A DNA stretch of 64,000 nt from Candidatus Cloacimonadales bacterium (GTDB lineage: Bacteria; Cloacimonadota; Cloacimonadia; Cloacimonadales; JAFGVF01). The stretch's first letter is position 1. Each line of letters starts with the position of its first letter. The stretch lies in the NCBI GenBank assembly GCA_963677495.2, contig CAXXOU010000004.1, forward strand, positions 512,001 to 576,000, written 5' to 3'. The position numbers were made by a program, and so were the translations under genes. The notes under the pieces were generated by a model. It worked only from the letters and a program-made list of their open reading frames with translations, was not told where the DNA came from and made no database searches. Of this stretch, positions 1-9,702 are shown one piece after another.

Positions 1-1
1 T

Positions 2-799
2 GATGGTGGGCAGTATCGCTTTGAAGTACCTGGTATCCAGAATCCCACCTCAATGAAGGCATTGTTAGAAGAAATAGATTCTTTAGATTTAAGTATACAT
101 AGAGTTACGCAAACCAAGGGCATAATGCTTCTTTCTGATAAAGATATTACTGAAATGGTATCATTGGCAAAGATAGGTAAAGTTGATTTAGTATTATCAA
201 TTGGTCCAAGAGCAACTTATGATACAAGTGCATCAGTTCACACTGACGAAGGGCAGAGAATGGGTTTGCGACTTAGAGGCCAAGAACAGATAGTCAGAGC
301 AATTGAAGATGTAAAAAGAGCTAATGCTCTTGGGTGTAATACTTTCTTGCTCTATGATGAAGGTTTGTTATGGGTACTGAATCAGATGCGAGAACTTGGA
401 GAGTTACCAAAGGCAGTGAATTTCAAGATTTCTGCACATACAGGTCATGGAAATCCATGCTCTTTTAAGTTGCTTGAAAGTTTAGGTGCAAACTCAATAA
501 ATCCGGTTCGTGATTTACAGATACCGATGCTTTCAGCGCTAAGGCAAGCGATAGATGTACCAATTGATTTACACACAGAGAATCCAAAATCATCAGGTGG
601 ATTTATACGTCATTATGATGTCCCCGAAATGATTAGAGTAGCTGCACCTATTTACCTCAAAACAGGTGGGTCTGTTGCAAAAACACATGGTTGGGATACA
701 ACTGTTGCTGAAGCTAAACAAAGAGCTAAACAAGTAGGGCTGGTTAATCGAGTAATTAAACAGTACTATTCAGATGCTATCTATAGCCCTAAAAAGTAG
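2..799 (+). CDS. U32-family 'peptidase'-like TIM-barrel protein (5' end outside the window)
   Basis: Frame is open from base 2 (DGGQYRFEVPGIQNPTS before the Met at 53). RVTQTKGIMLL, GPRATYD and IDLHTE motifs recall the U32-like family. Confidence 0.6.
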   Translation, partial: DGGQYRFEVPGIQNPTSMKALLEEIDSLDLSIHRVTQTKGIMLLSDKDITEMVSLAKIGKVDLVLSIGPRATYDTSASVHTDEGQRMGLRLRGQEQIVRAIEDVKRANALGCNTFLLYDEGLLWVLNQMRELGELPKAVNFKISAHTGHGNPCSFKLLESLGANSINPVRDLQIPMLSALRQAIDVPIDLHTENPKSSGGFIRHYDVPEMIRVAAPIYLKTGGSVAKTHGWDTTVAEAKQRAKQVGLVNRVIKQYYSDAIYSPKK

Positions 800-810
800 T
801 ATTGGTAAAA

Positions 811-1779
811 ATGCCAAATATTTTGTTTACTAACTACTACAAAGGTAGAGCATTAGAGATTATCCGAAGTATTATTCCTTCAGACTATAATGTTTTGCTA
901 TTATCTAGGCCTGGTAGAGAAGAGATTCTTAAACTTATACCACAGGCAGATTACTTGATTGCCGGTGGGAGGACAAAAGTGGATCACGAACTTCTTAAAA
1001 ATGCAAAAAGGCTAAGAATGGTACAAAGATCAGGTGCCGGTCTGGATAGTATCGATTTGCAGTATCTCCGGCTTTCAGACATACCACTTTACGTAAATAG
1101 AGGTGTTAACGCAAAATCAGTCGCAGAGCACACCGTTTTACTAATATTATCTGTTTTGAGAAAACTTACTCTTTGTGATCATAGTGTTAGAAAAGGTAAA
1201 TGGGAAAAGCATGAACTAGGGTTACAAAGCAGGGATCTAGGCTCAAAATCTGTTGGTTTGATTGGTCTAGGTAAAATTGGTGAACATGTTTCAAAACTAA
1301 TAAGAGCTTTTGGATCAGAAATATTCTATTTTGATATAAAACGTATTCCCAAAGAAGAGGAGCAGAAGCTTAGTATTAGTTATCTGGAGCTGGATGAACT
1401 ATTGAAAAGGTCAGATATTATTAGCCTCCATTGTCCATTAACAGATAATACTTTGAATCTGGTAGATAAAGAGTTTATTGAAAAAATGAAGCAAAACTCG
1501 ATTATTGTTAATACTGCTAGAGGTAAGTTAATTGTTGAAGAAGATCTAGCTCAAGCTTTGATAAGTAATAGAATTAGCGGGGCGGGACTTGATGTGTTTT
1601 ACCAAGAACCAGTTAGTGATACGAATCCCTTTAAAAGCTTAGAGAATGTTATCATGACTCCGCATGTTGGTGGGGTTTCTTATGACTCATTTAGCAAAAT
1701 AATCAGTAGTGCTTTTGAAAACATAAACCTGCATAATCTAGGCAAGGTTCAAGAAATTGAACATAAACGTGTTTATTAA
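811..1779 (+). CDS. D-isomer-specific 2-hydroxyacid dehydrogenase
   Basis: GLIGLGKIG Rossmann motif, SLHCPLT, VNTARG, GAGLDVF and TPHVGG. ATG at 811 preferred over TTG at 802. Confidence 0.9.
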   Translation: MPNILFTNYYKGRALEIIRSIIPSDYNVLLLSRPGREEILKLIPQADYLIAGGRTKVDHELLKNAKRLRMVQRSGAGLDSIDLQYLRLSDIPLYVNRGVNAKSVAEHTVLLILSVLRKLTLCDHSVRKGKWEKHELGLQSRDLGSKSVGLIGLGKIGEHVSKLIRAFGSEIFYFDIKRIPKEEEQKLSISYLELDELLKRSDIISLHCPLTDNTLNLVDKEFIEKMKQNSIIVNTARGKLIVEEDLAQALISNRISGAGLDVFYQEPVSDTNPFKSLENVIMTPHVGGVSYDSFSKIISSAFENINLHNLGKVQEIEHKRVY

Positions 1780-1798
1780 ACATATGTAGAGATAAATA

Positions 1799-3022
1799 AT
1801 GAAAACAAAAAAAGCGTTGGTACTCGCTGGCGTCAGTGCTCATATACCATTACTCAGAGACTTAAGAAAAAGAGGGTATTATACAATATTAGTTGATTAC
1901 TTCAAGCATCCTCCTGCACGTGATTACTGTGATGAACATATTCAGGAAAGTACACTTGATATGGACCTTGTTTTGGAAGTTGCAAAGCAGAAACAAGTCG
2001 ATCTTGTTGTAACAACCAATATGGATCAAGCAAATGTTACAGCCTGCTATGTCTCTGAAAAACTAAATCTACCCAAGCCGTATTCATATGCTACTGCACT
2101 CAATGTTACTAACAAGGGGTTAATGAAAAGAATAATGGTCGAGAACCAGATACCAACTCCCAAACATGCCTATGTGACAAACTTAAATGAGTTTGATTTC
2201 AATGACATGTCCTTTCCTTTGGTGGTTAAACCTGCGGATAGTAATGGTTCTAAAGGTGTAAAGCGTGTTGAGAACGTCCAACAATTGAGGTCAGGATTGG
2301 CAGAAGCTCTTGAGATAAGTAGAACAAACCAGGGAATCATTGAGGAGTTCATAAATGGAGTTGAGATTCAAATTGATTGCTTTGTTAGGAATGGTTCGGT
2401 TGAAGTTCTAATGACCAAAGAGAGAAGAAACTTGTACACACCAGAAGGTTCGGTATTACAAACTATTGGCTCAACTGTACCCGCAGAGTTAACAGTAAAG
2501 CTACAACAACAGATTCAGCATATCGCAGATAGTATTGCTTTTGCATTTAAACTAGATAATACACCTCTTTTCATCCAAGCGATTATCAAATATGACGATA
2601 TTTATGTCCTAGAATTTGCACCTAGGATTGGTGGAGGATTAAGTAATAAGATGATCGAAATTCATACTGGTATCAACATTGTACATGAATCAGTGAATTC
2701 ATTACTAAAGTCTGAATCGAGTTTCGAAGTTATGTATCCAAAGACAAATTTGATGACATATTTGATTTATGCTAAACCAGGAGTATTCTCATCTATCGCA
2801 GGTGGTGATGAATTAATAGAAAGTGGTGTTATAAAAGACTTTTATACATATAAAACTACGGGCATGAGTATTGGGGCTGACTTAAGGAGTAGTGATAGAG
2901 TTGGAGCTTTTATCGTAGTTGGTGAAAATCAAAAAGAGATGGAAGAGAAAGTTAAGATTGCAAAAAAGACTTTAGAAGTATTGAATTCAGATGGTGAAAA
3001 CATCATGTATAATGATTTTTAG
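1799..3022 (+). CDS. ATP-grasp domain ligase
   Basis: NKGLMK, FPLVVKPADSNGSKGV, IIEEFING and LEFAPRIGGG motifs. Confidence 0.85.
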   Translation: MKTKKALVLAGVSAHIPLLRDLRKRGYYTILVDYFKHPPARDYCDEHIQESTLDMDLVLEVAKQKQVDLVVTTNMDQANVTACYVSEKLNLPKPYSYATALNVTNKGLMKRIMVENQIPTPKHAYVTNLNEFDFNDMSFPLVVKPADSNGSKGVKRVENVQQLRSGLAEALEISRTNQGIIEEFINGVEIQIDCFVRNGSVEVLMTKERRNLYTPEGSVLQTIGSTVPAELTVKLQQQIQHIADSIAFAFKLDNTPLFIQAIIKYDDIYVLEFAPRIGGGLSNKMIEIHTGINIVHESVNSLLKSESSFEVMYPKTNLMTYLIYAKPGVFSSIAGGDELIESGVIKDFYTYKTTGMSIGADLRSSDRVGAFIVVGENQKEMEEKVKIAKKTLEVLNSDGENIMYNDF

Positions 3023-3035
3023 TAGAGAGGTAAAG

Positions 3036-3776
3036 ATGTCCAATATTAGCAATTCATCAATTGTAATTGAGTCAGATATCAGCGAAAAGGCAAAAGTTTT
3101 TAATCATGCAGAGATAAAGAAAAGTAAGATATTAGAAGGGGCTTCTATCGGCGATTATGCAATGATAGTTGAATCTACAATCAATAGATATGCATCTATA
3201 AACCGTAGGAACTACATATTTAAATCGACACTTGGAGAGTTTACATATACAGGATTAAACACCATGATTATATCAACAAATATTGGAAAGTATTGCTCCT
3301 TAAGCTGGAATATCTCGATTGGTGGTGGTAATCACGACTATAAAAATGTCACCTCTTATCCCCATTGGAGATTCAATACAATGATGAAAGGAATTGTTAA
3401 CCACAACGATAACAAATTCATCAAGAAACGATTGATGAAAATTGGGACTACTGAAATTGGTAATGATGTATGGATTGGAACAGGTGCAATAATTTTTCGG
3501 GGAGTGAAGATAGGTCATGGAGCAATTATTGGTGCCGGAGCAGTAGTTACGAAAGATGTAGAACCATATGCAATCATAACTGGAGTTCCAGGTAGAGAAA
3601 TTAAACGTCGCTTTAGTGATGAGCAGATAAAAAGATTATTGAAGATAGAATGGTGGTATTGGCCAAACAGCCTTATTGAGGAACATTCTGAAATCATTTT
3701 TACTAACCAAGTTAATGATGATGTTCTAAGTAAGATGGAAGCAATTTCGAAACAATTATTGATAGGAACAGAGTAA
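3036..3776 (+). CDS. Hexapeptide-repeat O-acetyltransferase (CatB/Vat-related)
   Basis: IGNDVWIG, IGHGAIIGAGAVVTKDV, GVPGREIKRRF and IEWWYW. RBS GAGG precedes ATG 3036. Confidence 0.85.
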   Translation: MSNISNSSIVIESDISEKAKVFNHAEIKKSKILEGASIGDYAMIVESTINRYASINRRNYIFKSTLGEFTYTGLNTMIISTNIGKYCSLSWNISIGGGNHDYKNVTSYPHWRFNTMMKGIVNHNDNKFIKKRLMKIGTTEIGNDVWIGTGAIIFRGVKIGHGAIIGAGAVVTKDVEPYAIITGVPGREIKRRFSDEQIKRLLKIEWWYWPNSLIEEHSEIIFTNQVNDDVLSKMEAISKQLLIGTE

Positions 3777-3777
3777 C

Positions 3778-4290
3778 ATGAAAGAAGTTAAGAAAATCAA
3801 CATGCCTATAAGTCAGGAACAGGTCAATGAGTTAGAAGTAGGGGATTTTATCGAGTTAACCGGGTACATCTTTACGGGACGTGATGCTGCTCTTCCTAAA
3901 CTTGTTGAACTCATCGAGAAGGATGCATTAGAAGATCTGAATCTTGAAGGATCAGCTATCTTCCATACAGCTGTTAGTGCTGCTGGAATAGGTCCCACAT
4001 CAAGTAACAAGTTTGAGATAGAAAGTTCTATCCCAGCTTTATCGAAAGCTGGAGTGAAGATTCATATTGGTAAAGGAGAACTACGTTCTACAACTATTGA
4101 TGAACTCAAAAGAAATGGTTCTATCTACGCAATAACTCCTCCACTGTCTGCGTTACTAACTAGTAAAGCTAAATCCATTGAAGTCGTAGCTTTTCCGGAT
4201 GAAGGTATAGAAGCCCTTCACAAATTATACGTTGAGAACTTTCCAATCGTTATCGCTGCTGCTCATGGCAGGATCATGAAAGATTGTTAA
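3778..4290 (+). CDS. Class I fumarate hydratase / L-tartrate dehydratase beta-subunit-like protein
   Basis: LEVGDFIELTGYIFTGRDAA, GPTSS, IGKG and ENFPIVIA motifs. Confidence 0.85.
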   Translation: MKEVKKINMPISQEQVNELEVGDFIELTGYIFTGRDAALPKLVELIEKDALEDLNLEGSAIFHTAVSAAGIGPTSSNKFEIESSIPALSKAGVKIHIGKGELRSTTIDELKRNGSIYAITPPLSALLTSKAKSIEVVAFPDEGIEALHKLYVENFPIVIAAAHGRIMKDC

Positions 4291-4302
4291 ATGGAGGAAA
4301 AC

Positions 4303-5148
4303 ATGAACTCAGTCATTGAAAAAGTTGCAAAAGGCGTGATTGACGCTTCAACGAAATATACTGATGAGCATAAACAAGCTCTAAGGGACTATATGGTGAA
4401 AGAAAGGTGTTCTCATGCAAAATGGATGATTGAAAAGATTTTAGAGAATGCTGAGATTGCAGAAAAAGAGAAGAAACCGCTTTGTGATGACACTGGCATT
4501 CCTCAGTTGATTCTTGAAGTCGGAAAAAATAGACAGATTACAGGCCGAATTCTTGAAGATATTCAGAATGGAATAGCTGAAGGGTTGCGTATGCTTCCAG
4601 GCAGACCGATGGCAGTTTTAGGAAATGATATTGAGAGAGTAGAACAGACGGCAGGATTATCGGAAGACTCAGGTCAGTTAAAACCAGCTCCAATGATAAT
4701 AAAGTATATAGATGGAGATTTGATTAAGTTGCATATACTCTTACAAGGTGGGGGACCTGAAATAAGAGGGAAAACTTTCAGAATTTTCCATAAACGTTCT
4801 ATTGATACTGTACTGGAAGAAGTACTAACTTGGGCAAAAGAAGGAGCTGCATTGTTAGGTTGTACTCCTTGTGTTCCATTTATTGGTATTGGTAGAACTC
4901 ATTCTGAAGCTACTTCTTTGATGCTGGAAGCAATGGTGAAATCTGATTTCAGCGTACAAAATGAATATGAGAAGATGTTCACTAATAAGTTGAATGAAAC
5001 TAATATCGGCCCACTAGGAATTGGGGGGGACACTACTGCTATTGCAACATTTATTAATATAGGGAACCAACGTGCAAGCGGAGTAAGAATAGTTTCTTTG
5101 CGATTGAATTGCATTGTTGAACCAAGACGAGCAACTGTTTTATTATAG
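4303..5148 (+). CDS. Class I fumarate hydratase / L-tartrate dehydratase alpha-subunit-like Fe-S protein
   Basis: PLCDDTG, GGGPE, GCTPC, IGPLGIGGDTT and terminal NC. GGAGG RBS precedes ATG 4303 (ORF is open from 4291). Confidence 0.85.
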   Translation: MNSVIEKVAKGVIDASTKYTDEHKQALRDYMVKERCSHAKWMIEKILENAEIAEKEKKPLCDDTGIPQLILEVGKNRQITGRILEDIQNGIAEGLRMLPGRPMAVLGNDIERVEQTAGLSEDSGQLKPAPMIIKYIDGDLIKLHILLQGGGPEIRGKTFRIFHKRSIDTVLEEVLTWAKEGAALLGCTPCVPFIGIGRTHSEATSLMLEAMVKSDFSVQNEYEKMFTNKLNETNIGPLGIGGDTTAIATFINIGNQRASGVRIVSLRLNCIVEPRRATVLL

Positions 5149-5164
5149 ATTAGGATTAAAAACT

Positions 5165-6091
5165 GTGAAATACTCTAATGTAATACCTGTTTATAACTCA
5201 GAAAAGTCATTACCTGAGTTATGTGAAAGAATAAAAAATGTATATGAAACAACAGTGAATGCAGATTATGAAATTATTCTTGTAAATGATTGTTCAAAGG
5301 ATAACTCATGGAAAGTTCTTAAGGAACTACATGAAAAGTATGATAAGGTAAAAGCAATTAATCTATCAAAGAACTCAGGTCAACATTCAGCTACCCAGTG
5401 TGGATTTAAATATTGTACTGGTGATTATGTTGTTATTCTTGATGATGATTTACAAAATCCACCAGAAGAGATTCCCAAACTTATTAATCATATACTAGAG
5501 AACGAAGATATTGATGTAGTAATTGGGACATATATATCTAAGCAACACTCTATAGTTAGAAACATAGGAACCAAGCTGATGAAAGTCTTCAGTTCTATTA
5601 TGTTTAAAACAGATGGTAAACTGAAGTTTACAACTTTTCGAATAGTAAGAGGAAGCATTGCTAAAGAGATTTCCGGAATTAGGATAGCAAGACCTGGTAT
5701 AGGTAGTATGATTAGGGCTACAACTAGTAGGATTTCATCAGTAATGGTCGAGCATAAGGAGAGAAAGTTTGGACGTAGTGGCTATTCATTTAATAGACTT
5801 GTTAAAAGATTCTTTAATAATATTTTTGATAACTCCATATTACCTTTAAAGTTTATCAGCTTCTTAGGAGTCTTCTTTGCTTTCCTAGGATTGGGTTATG
5901 CAGGCTACTTAGTAGTAAGATACTTTTTACATGGTTCTTCTATAAAGGGATGGACATCATTAATGGTGATGGTAACTTTTTTTTCAGGAACGATATTGTT
6001 TACTCTAGGTATAGTTGGTGAATATCTTCTTAGAATACTGATTGAAACTAGAAAACTACCCACTCATCTTGAAAGAGAGAAGTTGTTATAA
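5165..6091 (+). CDS. GT2 polyprenol-phosphate glycosyltransferase (GtrB/ArnC-like)
   Basis: VIPVYN, VNDCSKD, NSGQHSA and ILDDDLQNPPEEIP motifs, two C-terminal TM helices and GIVGEYL. Start is uncertain (GTG 5165; ORF open from 5114). Confidence 0.85.
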   Translation: MKYSNVIPVYNSEKSLPELCERIKNVYETTVNADYEIILVNDCSKDNSWKVLKELHEKYDKVKAINLSKNSGQHSATQCGFKYCTGDYVVILDDDLQNPPEEIPKLINHILENEDIDVVIGTYISKQHSIVRNIGTKLMKVFSSIMFKTDGKLKFTTFRIVRGSIAKEISGIRIARPGIGSMIRATTSRISSVMVEHKERKFGRSGYSFNRLVKRFFNNIFDNSILPLKFISFLGVFFAFLGLGYAGYLVVRYFLHGSSIKGWTSLMVMVTFFSGTILFTLGIVGEYLLRILIETRKLPTHLEREKLL

Positions 6092-7086
6092 TGCAATTAA
6101 AACTGAGTAAAAATCTATTCAAGTCTAAAGGATTTAAGACATTAGTAAATATTATTGTCTTTCTAATCTGTGTCTTATTTCTCTTCTTGAACATTGATTT
6201 TAGTAGAGTTTATGAACAATTAAAACATGTTTACCTACCAATATATGGTGTTACAATTTGCATCTCTCTATTCAGAACATGGTTAGCAGGAATGAGATGG
6301 AAAAATATGCATCCTGATCATGATTCTCAACTCAGCAACTGGTCATATTTCAGACTTACAATGATCTCACACCTTTTCAATAAGATAATGCCTGGAGCTC
6401 TTGGGGGAGATTTCGTCAAGACTCTATATGCAATAAAGGAGAAGAAGGGAAGTGGGATTAAAAATGTTATTGCAGTTGTTATTGATCGAGTCATTGGATT
6501 GATATCGATTTTTATTTTTGGACTTATTGCTCTTATGTTTTCTAGTCAACAGTTAGACATCCAATTATGGAAGATAATACTCGTTTTTTTATTTTTCACT
6601 GGATGTATGTACGCAGCTTTCAACAGAAGAGTATTGGATTTTATAGAAGTGATTTCACAGAAAGTAAACATTAAACATGTTTGGATAAAAAGTATTTTGG
6701 ACAACTGGAGGCAATCAATATCGTTTTATGTAGAGAATAAAGGAAGAGTATTTAAATCATTATTGTTGTGCGTTCCAATACACTTTGCATCATTTGTTAT
6801 TTTCTTTCTGTTTAGTAGAAGTATTGGGATGGAAGTAGGTTTTACAGATGTGATTTTTGTTGTAACAATAATGTGGTTAATTACTGCTCTACCTATTAGC
6901 ATTGGAGGTATGGGAGTTAGAGAACTATCCTTTGTGTGGCTTTTCAGCCTTTACAATATATCTTCAGAACAAGCTATAGCCTTATCATTTCTCTGGTATA
7001 TCAATACATTAGTAATGTCAGTAATATCATTACCTCTATTGTTTGATCTAAAGAAGAGAAAAAAAGTTCTTCCAGAATCTGTTTAG
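6091..7086 (+). CDS. Lysylphosphatidylglycerol-synthase-TM / flippase-like membrane protein
   Basis: Multi-TM protein with RW, MPGALGGDFVK, DRVIGL and LPISIGGMGVRE motifs. Confidence 0.8.
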   Translation: MQLKLSKNLFKSKGFKTLVNIIVFLICVLFLFLNIDFSRVYEQLKHVYLPIYGVTICISLFRTWLAGMRWKNMHPDHDSQLSNWSYFRLTMISHLFNKIMPGALGGDFVKTLYAIKEKKGSGIKNVIAVVIDRVIGLISIFIFGLIALMFSSQQLDIQLWKIILVFLFFTGCMYAAFNRRVLDFIEVISQKVNIKHVWIKSILDNWRQSISFYVENKGRVFKSLLLCVPIHFASFVIFFLFSRSIGMEVGFTDVIFVVTIMWLITALPISIGGMGVRELSFVWLFSLYNISSEQAIALSFLWYINTLVMSVISLPLLFDLKKRKKVLPESV

Positions 7087-7236
7087 TTAAGTATTCGAGG
7101 ACAAGACCAATAGGTATCTATTCACATTCTATCAATCCAAAAATCTTTGAAAATCATCTGGTTTTCCTAATTCTTGATTTGCGAAATCCTTCATTATAAC
7201 TATACTTTAGTTGACATACTTAAAAATACTACATGG

Positions 7237-9639
7237 ATGAATTATAATATGCAACATAACAAAGCTTTCTTGAGAAGGATTTTCCTTATTTTCATTGTTT
7301 CCTTAATTGTTACTATCTCACTACAACATTTTAACTTTAGGAGGAATTTTAAAGCCTGGGTTGACTTCAAGACTAACAGTACAATTAAAACGATGGAGAT
7401 TATTGATGATGATTTCTCAACAGCTTCTTCTGACTTTATAAGAGTTGTCAATAGGGATGCCTTGATAACGAAGATCGTTAATGATGCATCTTATCACCAT
7501 AAGGTATCAACTAAATTATTGGATAATATCAAGACTAAATTGATTACTGATGATATAACAGAATGGATTCGATCTCAAGACGAAAGCTATACTTTCGTAA
7601 ACTCCTTTGTCGAGAGTCAGAAACTTCATGATTTAGTCAGAGATAATGACGAGATATTAAAACTTGTTAAAGAAAACAAAAGATCTCAGATCCAGTTAAA
7701 TGCATATAGACAAAAACTGTTTAGAAAACTTTCTCCATTTTATCGCTTAAGCCATACGCTAACTATGGATCAGGTTAGAGTTTTGTTTGATGATGGTTCT
7801 GTTTTGGTTACAATTGATAATCAAGACAGCTTTAACTCTCTGAATAACTCTTTTGGTTATCTGAGTGAAGTGAAGGGAATTGATTCACTTAATTGCAATA
7901 GTGAGCTTTTTCTCAAAGCAAAAGATAATAATCATTTTGCTTTGCGTCAGATCGTTCCACTCCATCAAAATAGTAGTGTAGTTGGTAGTGTCGAGTGTAA
8001 CAAAGGTTTGTTTAGTGTTGAAGAGTTACTTGAAAAACAGGAAAGCTCAAGCAACGAATATCTATGGCTAAAAAACAATATTTTGGTAGATACAGAAAAT
8101 GAGGGTCAATCTATAAAAACGTTGTTTAATGATAGTTTCACACTTTTTGATAATGCTGATAGCCAGGAAGGTGATGTTAAGCTTATGGCATCATCTATTG
8201 AGCAGGTATACTACACTCAGATTCGTGATAAGTTTTACAAACTCAGACCATTTAGTACAAAGCTGTCAAAAGACGGTATTTCAATGTTTGCTCTTTTTCT
8301 CCCAATACTTGATTCCGATAATAATCATTTCGGATTTTTCATTAGATCGATTGATGGTGATTACTATAATGTAATGGTTACAAAGCGAAATGTTACAACT
8401 TTACTTACTGTTGTATTCGTTGCATCTGTGTTAATGCTAATCTATTTCATTCAGTGCAGAAGAACTGAAAAAGGACGTGTAAATCAAGCCTTAGGAACTG
8501 TTACTGAAAAATTGTTAGAAGGCTTGTTTGTGATCAACAGAAACGGAACAATACGTTTTGCTAATAAAGCCGGTACTCTTTTCTTTGGAATGAAGAAAGA
8601 AGATATCATTGGAATTAAAGTAGAGAACTTGCTAAAGAAGATAACCTTTGAAGGCTCAGACAACTGGGACACAATTATCGCAAATATTGATAAGAGTGGC
8701 TACTATACAAATGATGAATGCATTATTAAACTTGATAATGTCACTATCGCTGTTAGCTTAATGGGTATCTACATTGCTCCTCAAGAGGAGATTATTCATG
8801 ATTTCCAGGATAGCATTGTTCTTATGGTGAATGATATTACTCATCACAAATTGTATGAGCGTCAACTGCTTAGAGCTAAAGAGGAAGCAGAAGTTAATGA
8901 TAGACTTAAGTCAACTTTCCTTAATAACTTCTCTCATGAAATTAGAACTCCGCTTAATTCAATCGTTGGATTCTCATACCTAATGAAGAATGAGGAGACA
9001 CCTAAAGAGACCGTTGAGAGGTATGTCGATATCATACATACAAACTCAGATTATCTTCTGCGAGTCGTTCAAAATATTATTGAGATATCTCAACTGGAAC
9101 AGGATGAATACAAGCTTTATCCTGATGAATTCAGTATTAATGCAATGATGAAAGAATTGTTTAATGATGTAGAGAGTACAATTAAAAACTCAAGAAAACC
9201 GATAAAACTTATATGCAAAACAGGTCTTGAAGATGATCAAGATCACACATTCAGCGATGCAAAGAGACTTAGAGCGGTTCTGGAACACTTGCTTGATAAT
9301 GCTGTTAAATTTACTGAATTAGGGCATATTGAGTTTGGTTATCAGGTTCATGATAACGACAACTTACTTTTCTGGGTAAAAGACACAGGCATAGGAATTG
9401 ATTCTTCAGAACAGTATAAGATATTCAAGCCTTTCTACCAGATTAAGGATGGTAACCATATAAAGTTCTCCGGAACTGGATTAGGACTATCCATTGCCTC
9501 AAGAGTAGTTCAGCTGATGGGTGGAAACATTTGGGTTAAATCTGAATATACCCAGGGTACAACAATGTATTTTGCTATCCCATTCATCACTAGAAACAGT
9601 ATTGATGATGAATTGGCAATGCTGGGAATTGAGGAATAG
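7237..9639 (+). CDS. Membrane sensor histidine kinase with PAS domain
   Basis: Two TM segments, a PAS-like region, H-box FLNNFSHEIRTPLN, N-box LLDNAVKFT, DTGIGI and GTGLGLSI. Start is uncertain (7237 or 7249). Confidence 0.9.
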   Translation: MNYNMQHNKAFLRRIFLIFIVSLIVTISLQHFNFRRNFKAWVDFKTNSTIKTMEIIDDDFSTASSDFIRVVNRDALITKIVNDASYHHKVSTKLLDNIKTKLITDDITEWIRSQDESYTFVNSFVESQKLHDLVRDNDEILKLVKENKRSQIQLNAYRQKLFRKLSPFYRLSHTLTMDQVRVLFDDGSVLVTIDNQDSFNSLNNSFGYLSEVKGIDSLNCNSELFLKAKDNNHFALRQIVPLHQNSSVVGSVECNKGLFSVEELLEKQESSSNEYLWLKNNILVDTENEGQSIKTLFNDSFTLFDNADSQEGDVKLMASSIEQVYYTQIRDKFYKLRPFSTKLSKDGISMFALFLPILDSDNNHFGFFIRSIDGDYYNVMVTKRNVTTLLTVVFVASVLMLIYFIQCRRTEKGRVNQALGTVTEKLLEGLFVINRNGTIRFANKAGTLFFGMKKEDIIGIKVENLLKKITFEGSDNWDTIIANIDKSGYYTNDECIIKLDNVTIAVSLMGIYIAPQEEIIHDFQDSIVLMVNDITHHKLYERQLLRAKEEAEVNDRLKSTFLNNFSHEIRTPLNSIVGFSYLMKNEETPKETVERYVDIIHTNSDYLLRVVQNIIEISQLEQDEYKLYPDEFSINAMMKELFNDVESTIKNSRKPIKLICKTGLEDDQDHTFSDAKRLRAVLEHLLDNAVKFTELGHIEFGYQVHDNDNLLFWVKDTGIGIDSSEQYKIFKPFYQIKDGNHIKFSGTGLGLSIASRVVQLMGGNIWVKSEYTQGTTMYFAIPFITRNSIDDELAMLGIEE

Positions 9640-9654
9640 AAATTATTTAAACAT

Positions 9655-9684
9655 AAAAAGGGTCAGATTTATTCTGACCCTTTT
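9655..9684. terminator. Bidirectional intrinsic terminator
   Basis: AAAAGGGTCAGA-tttat-TCTGACCCTTTT between the convergent kinase and hslU genes. Confidence 0.85.
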
Positions 9685-9702
9685 CTATAATTATCTTTAT
9701 TT

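Noticed and set aside
3036..3776. Antibiotic-resistance acetyltransferase (CatB/Vat)
   Set aside because: Has an extended hexapeptide N-terminus and is embedded in a glycan operon; sugar acetylation is more plausible.
7211..7248. Perfect TTGACA and TATAAT promoter
   Set aside because: The spacer is 26 bp, incompatible with sigma70.
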